IMG/VR virus record: IMGVR_UViG_2974518066_000001
Location: 32,001 to 96,000 of that record
Reading direction: 5' to 3' (one strand)
Source of the DNA: a virus
Lineage: Duplodnaviria; Caudoviricetes
Length of the DNA: 64,000 nt
Shown here: in pieces, positions 59,648 through 64,000 of the stretch
Layout of the letters: every line of letters starts with the position of its first letter
Position numbering within the stretch: the first letter of the stretch is position 1
Notes under the pieces: generated by a model
What the model saw: the letters and a program-made list of their open reading frames with translations, nothing else
The model's database searches: none
Told to the model about the DNA's origin: nothing
Made by a program: the position numbers and the translations under genes

Positions 59648-61105
59648 TTACGCGGCGGCCGGGAGCGACCGGAAACGAGCGCCCATCTCGCGGACTTCGG
59701 TGAAGCCGGTCGGCCACATCAGGCCATGATCCCACACGACATCCAGCAGATCGTCCTCGTCCTCGCCCAGCTCGTCTTGCGAGATGGTGACCACCTTGCC
59801 CTCACGAATGACGACGGCGAAACGGCCCTTCTTCGACGCCTTGGTCGGGTCGGTTTTCACCGTCTTCTGGATTTCCCGGACCTCGCCGCCGATGATGACT
59901 TCCGAGGCCTTCATGGCGAACCGGTGGGTGTCGCGCTCCGCCGCGTGGACAAGCAATCCGCCTCCCGATCCGAACGTCAGGTTGTCGATCGACCACTTGT
60001 GATAGACGACGCGCTGCAGGATGCGACGCAGAGTCTCCTCGTTAATGCCGTCGCCCTGAATGATCCGGACAAAATCCGGAAGGACGCGATAACCCTTTTC
60101 GTTGGTGGTCGAGCCAACGAGCGAGCCGACCAGATCGAGGATGTGGACGACATTGATGATCGGGTCGCCGCTATCCGGACGGAGGACGAGCTGCATGTTC
60201 GAGCGCTGCAACTCGCCGAGCAAGCCGCCTTCGGCTTCGGGCGTCAGCCACATGCGGATCGCGTTGTCCTGATCATAGGTGTCGATTACGACCGAGACCG
60301 GATTGCGGGGACCGTCCTCGCCCCAGCGGCCGTGGACCTTGAGGATGTGCTGGAAGAACGCCTTTTCGTTCTCTGCTCCCCACGACGTGGTGACCGAATG
60401 CTCGGTCGCCGGGATCGAGAAGCCGGGCATGGCGTCCATCGGATAGGCGTGCTTGGCGAAGCGGATGCCCATCAGATTGTCGGTGACTTGGAAGTTCAGC
60501 AGATGAGCCATGCCGCCGATCGCCGCCGCTTCGGTCGAGGCCGCGCCGCGTGCGCCGAAGTCCACCATCTTGAAATCGGTGGTGTCGGGGTTGCCGCTCA
60601 CGGTCAGATATTCGTGAATCAGGCGCCACCAGCGCATCGAGCGGGTCGCGATCGTCGTCGGATACCATACCCGCATCAGCAGCGTCTCGAAATAGACGGC
60701 CAGCCCGGCGCATTCAGGATCGGTGGATTCCACCGTCGCGAGGACGGTGCCCTGCGGAACGATGATGCCTTCGGGCAGGGCTTTGATGGTGAGAGGCGGG
60801 ATGCCGCCGAAATAATCGACGACCCGGCGCCACATGGACTCGTGACATTCGACGCCATGGGCGGCCAGCTCTGCGACAGCCTCGTCGATCATCTCGTGCG
60901 TGATGCGCTGGCTGAGGAAGTAGGACAGGATATATTGGAAGCCGAACCACTGGACTTCCTTGAAGGCGCCGCCCTTACGTGCCTCCAGATAGCCATACTG
61001 GCGCTCGAACTCCGGGTGCTCGAAGGTCCAGTGGGTGGTCTTGTAGGTGTCGGTGTTGATGATCGGCTGGTTCATGAGGAGGCCGATGCTCGTGACGAAA
61101 TTCAT
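59648..61105 (-). CDS. nadV: nicotinamide phosphoribosyltransferase (NAMPT)
   Basis: TDTYKTTH, DFGARG, PATEHS, VIDTYD, LRPDSGDP, IQGDG, FGSGGGL, KASKKG. Confidence 0.93.
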   Translation of the reverse strand: MNFVTSIGLLMNQPIINTDTYKTTHWTFEHPEFERQYGYLEARKGGAFKEVQWFGFQYILSYFLSQRITHEMIDEAVAELAAHGVECHESMWRRVVDYFGGIPPLTIKALPEGIIVPQGTVLATVESTDPECAGLAVYFETLLMRVWYPTTIATRSMRWWRLIHEYLTVSGNPDTTDFKMVDFGARGAASTEAAAIGGMAHLLNFQVTDNLMGIRFAKHAYPMDAMPGFSIPATEHSVTTSWGAENEKAFFQHILKVHGRWGEDGPRNPVSVVIDTYDQDNAIRMWLTPEAEGGLLGELQRSNMQLVLRPDSGDPIINVVHILDLVGSLVGSTTNEKGYRVLPDFVRIIQGDGINEETLRRILQRVVYHKWSIDNLTFGSGGGLLVHAAERDTHRFAMKASEVIIGGEVREIQKTVKTDPTKASKKGRFAVVIREGKVVTISQDELGEDEDDLLDVVWDHGLMWPTGFTEVREMGARFRSLPAAA

Positions 61106-61118
61106 GGATCGGGTCTCC

Positions 61119-62207
61119 TTAGAGGTCGCGGAAATCGTTGGCGAAGTGCTGGATGACGTTAAAGTGATCCTCGAACATCATCTCGCGAGTCACCTCGTCG
61201 ATCGGCCACCAGCGGGCGATCTTGGCGTCGTCATGTCCGGTTACGATCGGCAGCTCGACGCCTTCGAGATGGAGACCGTAGGCCACCGAGATGGTCCGCT
61301 TGCGGGTCGAGCGCCACGGATTGTCCAGCAGTTTCTCGCCACGGATGGCGCGCCGCAGGGTGTCCTTGTTGATCGGCCCGAAATCGCTCCAGCCGGTGCC
61401 CGACGTGATGCCGGTCTCTTCGATCAGCTCACGGATCGCGGCTTCCTTGAAGGTCTCGTCGATGCCGACATGCCCGCCGGGCAGCGCCCAGAGACCGGCG
61501 CCCGGCTTCTCGCCCCGGCGAACCAGCAGGACGTGGCCCGACTGAATGACGCAGGCGTCGGCCGCCGTGAAATAACGCGGGTAGGGGAGCTGAGGGAACT
61601 GCGCCAGATATTCCCGCATGAACACGAACTCGTCCCGCAGACGGAGGAAATCTTCGGTCTGCACCCATTCGCGGAGGAACAGATAGGTGCCGGTCGGGAT
61701 GGCCTGCTCCCCCATCGTGCGGCGGACTTCGGCGAGATATTCCAGAGGATCGGCCGACATGTAGAGGCCTTCGCGGATAAGCGTCGCGTCGAGGCCCTTG
61801 AAGTAGTCCTTGATGGCGACGTTGCCCCACTGCGGGAACATCTTGAGATAATAGGACGAGGAGTCCTTGGCATAGCCGACGAGCGCGATTTCAGGCTCGC
61901 GGCCGAAACGCAGAGCGTCGGCCTGCTTGGTCACGATCTTCTGCACGGCGGTGACCCACTTGAGGTCCGTGTCGTGGTCTTCGACTCCGAAGATGAACAC
62001 GCGGTCGCGCTCGGTCGGCGACAGGCTGGCGCGGATCATCTCGCGGACTTCGGCGAAGGTGAAGGGGTTGCGGAAATTGATGGGTTCATTGATCGAACCG
62101 ACGATCACGAACACATACTGAGCCTTCTGCAAGGCTTCGCAGATCACCGTCATGTGACCGGCATGGAAAGGGCGGAACCGCCCGGCGAAAACGCAAATGT
62201 CGTGCAT
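61119..62207 (-). CDS. nadM: bifunctional NMN adenylyltransferase / Nudix ADP-ribose pyrophosphatase
   Basis: GRFRPFHAGH, NPFT, DATLIRE; Nudix GGHVGIDETFKEAAIRELIEETG. Confidence 0.92.
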   Translation of the reverse strand: MHDICVFAGRFRPFHAGHMTVICEALQKAQYVFVIVGSINEPINFRNPFTFAEVREMIRASLSPTERDRVFIFGVEDHDTDLKWVTAVQKIVTKQADALRFGREPEIALVGYAKDSSSYYLKMFPQWGNVAIKDYFKGLDATLIREGLYMSADPLEYLAEVRRTMGEQAIPTGTYLFLREWVQTEDFLRLRDEFVFMREYLAQFPQLPYPRYFTAADACVIQSGHVLLVRRGEKPGAGLWALPGGHVGIDETFKEAAIRELIEETGITSGTGWSDFGPINKDTLRRAIRGEKLLDNPWRSTRKRTISVAYGLHLEGVELPIVTGHDDAKIARWWPIDEVTREMMFEDHFNVIQHFANDFRDL

Positions 62208-62295
62208 GTCTGTCTCCCGATTCGTTGATGTGTTGGTGTGGATACGCATGGGTGGAATCAATGGCAAGTTAAACTAACCCAATAGCGCAAAAAAG

Positions 62296-62688
62296 TTAGC
62301 CGTCTGGGATGTGGTTGACTTCGATCCCTAGGTTTTCGAGGCGTGATGCAAGGTCGCGAAGGACGCTCCGCGCCTCGCGTGCATAGGCCTCTTTGTCGGC
62401 GATCAGCTCGTTCTCGTAATAGGCGGTGATCCAAGAAGTCTGTTCGACAGAGACGCGCAGAACATCCTTCTGGAGATCGGTCAGCGGCTCGCTGATCCAG
62501 TCGCCATAGGCCATCTCCCACATGCCTTCGACCGTCGCCATGATGTCGGAACGGTCGTATTTTGACAGCAGGATCAGCAGTGGATCGGTTGGGTCCGTGG
62601 GGATGCGATCGGGACGGTCGCCGATCTCGGCGAGGGTCCACATGATGGCCTCGCCCATCTTCTGCGTGATGGGGATTTGGATCGTCAC
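62296..62688 (-). CDS. hypothetical protein
   Basis: AAGGAAG RBS with GTG start. Confidence 0.6.
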   Translation of the reverse strand: MTIQIPITQKMGEAIMWTLAEIGDRPDRIPTDPTDPLLILLSKYDRSDIMATVEGMWEMAYGDWISEPLTDLQKDVLRVSVEQTSWITAYYENELIADKEAYAREARSVLRDLASRLENLGIEVNHIPDG

Positions 62689-62941
62689 ATGGCTTCCTTT
62701 ATGACTTTCGCTGCTGCGGCGCGGGCGGTTTCTTCCGATCCGAAAATACGGACTTTTCCCGCATAGTCGCGGAGGTGCTTACCCGCTACAGCTACGGTCC
62801 AAGGGCGTTTCGACGAAGCGGTGCTGCGAGCCTTCCCCGTCGCAGCACCGGCGATGTCATAATAAAGGATGACTTCCTTCCCCTCTATGAGGCCCTTGAC
62901 ATAGTAGCGACTGCCCCCGCCCAGCTTCGTCCAGATGCCAG

Positions 62942-63313
62942 TCATCCAGCGCGAACCGACGTTTCTGCGCCCGCAATGCTTCCACTCTCGCGTGCCGCCG
63001 CAGCCCATTTGCCGAGCGGCACGTCGGATTTGAAGCTCAGATCACGTTCGACCGGCAGGCGGAGACGGCCCCGAATGTCCTTGATCTCGTTGAGCGATAC
63101 GTAACCCAATTCAGGTTCACCTAAACCGAGGTCGCAAAGCGCGAAGGCAATGTCGGGGTTATGCGGGTCGATCTCCGACAGCAGCCACGTTGCGTTGGCG
63201 TCTGGCGTAAAGAGCTTGACGACCGGGGCGTGATCGACGGCGCCCGGCGTGGCGGCCGACTCCCGGCCATTTTCCAGCAGCTTCTCGCGGATTTCGTTAG
63301 TCAGCAGTTCCAT
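62942..63313 (-). CDS. DUF2958-family protein
   Basis: PVVKLFTPDANATWLLSE...LCDLGLGEPELGYVSL...VERD. Confidence 0.85.
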   Translation of the reverse strand: MELLTNEIREKLLENGRESAATPGAVDHAPVVKLFTPDANATWLLSEIDPHNPDIAFALCDLGLGEPELGYVSLNEIKDIRGRLRLPVERDLSFKSDVPLGKWAAAARESGSIAGAETSVRAG

Positions 63314-64000
63314 GATTGTCTCCTCAATCGTTTCGCTGAGAATCGGATAGGGCGCATCTTCTGATTCGTCAAGCACTATGCCGCGCGAATGTCTTTGGTG
63401 TTCCGGATTTCGTATTCCGCCCCGTCGTCGCCGTCTACGATGTAACCGCAGGCGCCCGTGTCACGCGGGATCACTTCCCTGACGGTGCCGTGGACGGAGC
63501 CGCCCAGCCAGCCGTGGCGGTGGCGCTTAATGGCGACGCGGAGGCCTTTCGGGTGTGTGTTGGTCATCAGCGGAACGTCGCATCTTCGATCGAGGTCTTA
63601 GCGCCCGCCTTGATGTGCCGGTCGCGGGCTTTGTCTCGCGCCGCCTCGGTCGCGTAGCCGAAGGTGTGGGTGAAGGAGCGGTCGGTGACCGTCAGCTTGT
63701 AGCGGACCATCAGGCAGGCGCCCCGTAACGCTTGAGCATGGTGTCCTGCAGGTGCTCCAGATGGCCGACGATACCTTCCGGCGTGGTGGTCGGCATGGCG
63801 TGGAAGATGGTGCGGAGGGATTCGGCGCACAGCTTCATCTGCGAGATCGTCATCGTATCCGGATTGAACGGGATGGGGTTCGGCTTCCTGTCGGTCATTG
63901 ATTCCTCCGAGTCGTTCGTGTTGATTGACTGGTAGGTCAGTTCATCCGGTCTGTCAATTGCGAGATGACTTAGGCTTCATCATCTCCACTCGGAGGCGCT

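Larger units (their letters stand above)
57399..63957 (-). promoter_or_regulatory. family of early leftward promoters TTGACA-NACCGGWWGA..CCTATC at 57399-57427, 58375-58403, 59044-59072, 63344-63372 and 63929-63957
   Basis: conserved -35, 17-bp spacer with shared ACCGG, and -10, each upstream of an RBS and ORF. Confidence 0.7.

Overview
64 kb of a large, GC-rich, probably temperate tailed phage of an alphaproteobacterial host (phiCbK-like gene set; host inferred from the two-piece tmRNA with an ANDN...AA tag). From left to right: NAD-dependent ligase; a leftward nucleotide-metabolism and replication block (XRE/S24 repressor, nrdB-glutaredoxin fusion, LAGLIDADG, nrdA, thyX, dNMP kinase, RecD/Dda helicase, Cas4-like nuclease, T7-like PolA, SNF2 helicase, rIIA/rIIB); a small tyrosine recombinase; 26 tRNA genes in three promoter-led clusters that together cover all 20 amino acids without overlap; virion/fibre genes; structured RNAs with a permuted tmRNA; primase-helicase; dCMP deaminase; RtcB; an attP (tRNA-Arg-CCG 3' end) with integrase; and early genes including an NAMPT + NadM-Nudix NAD salvage pair. 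Main discovery candidate: tRNA clusters B and C each begin with a short, near-leaderless ORF whose codons match the amino acids of that cluster's tRNAs. Each ORF is followed by an antiterminator segment complementary to an intrinsic terminator placed after the first tRNA. This looks like ribosome-stalling attenuation that switches on phage tRNA supply when host tRNAs are depleted. Tandem circularly permuted (YrlA/Y-RNA-like) tRNA mimics and other unexplained structured RNAs are also present. All calls are by eye from motifs and manual base-pairing; no searches or folding programs were run.
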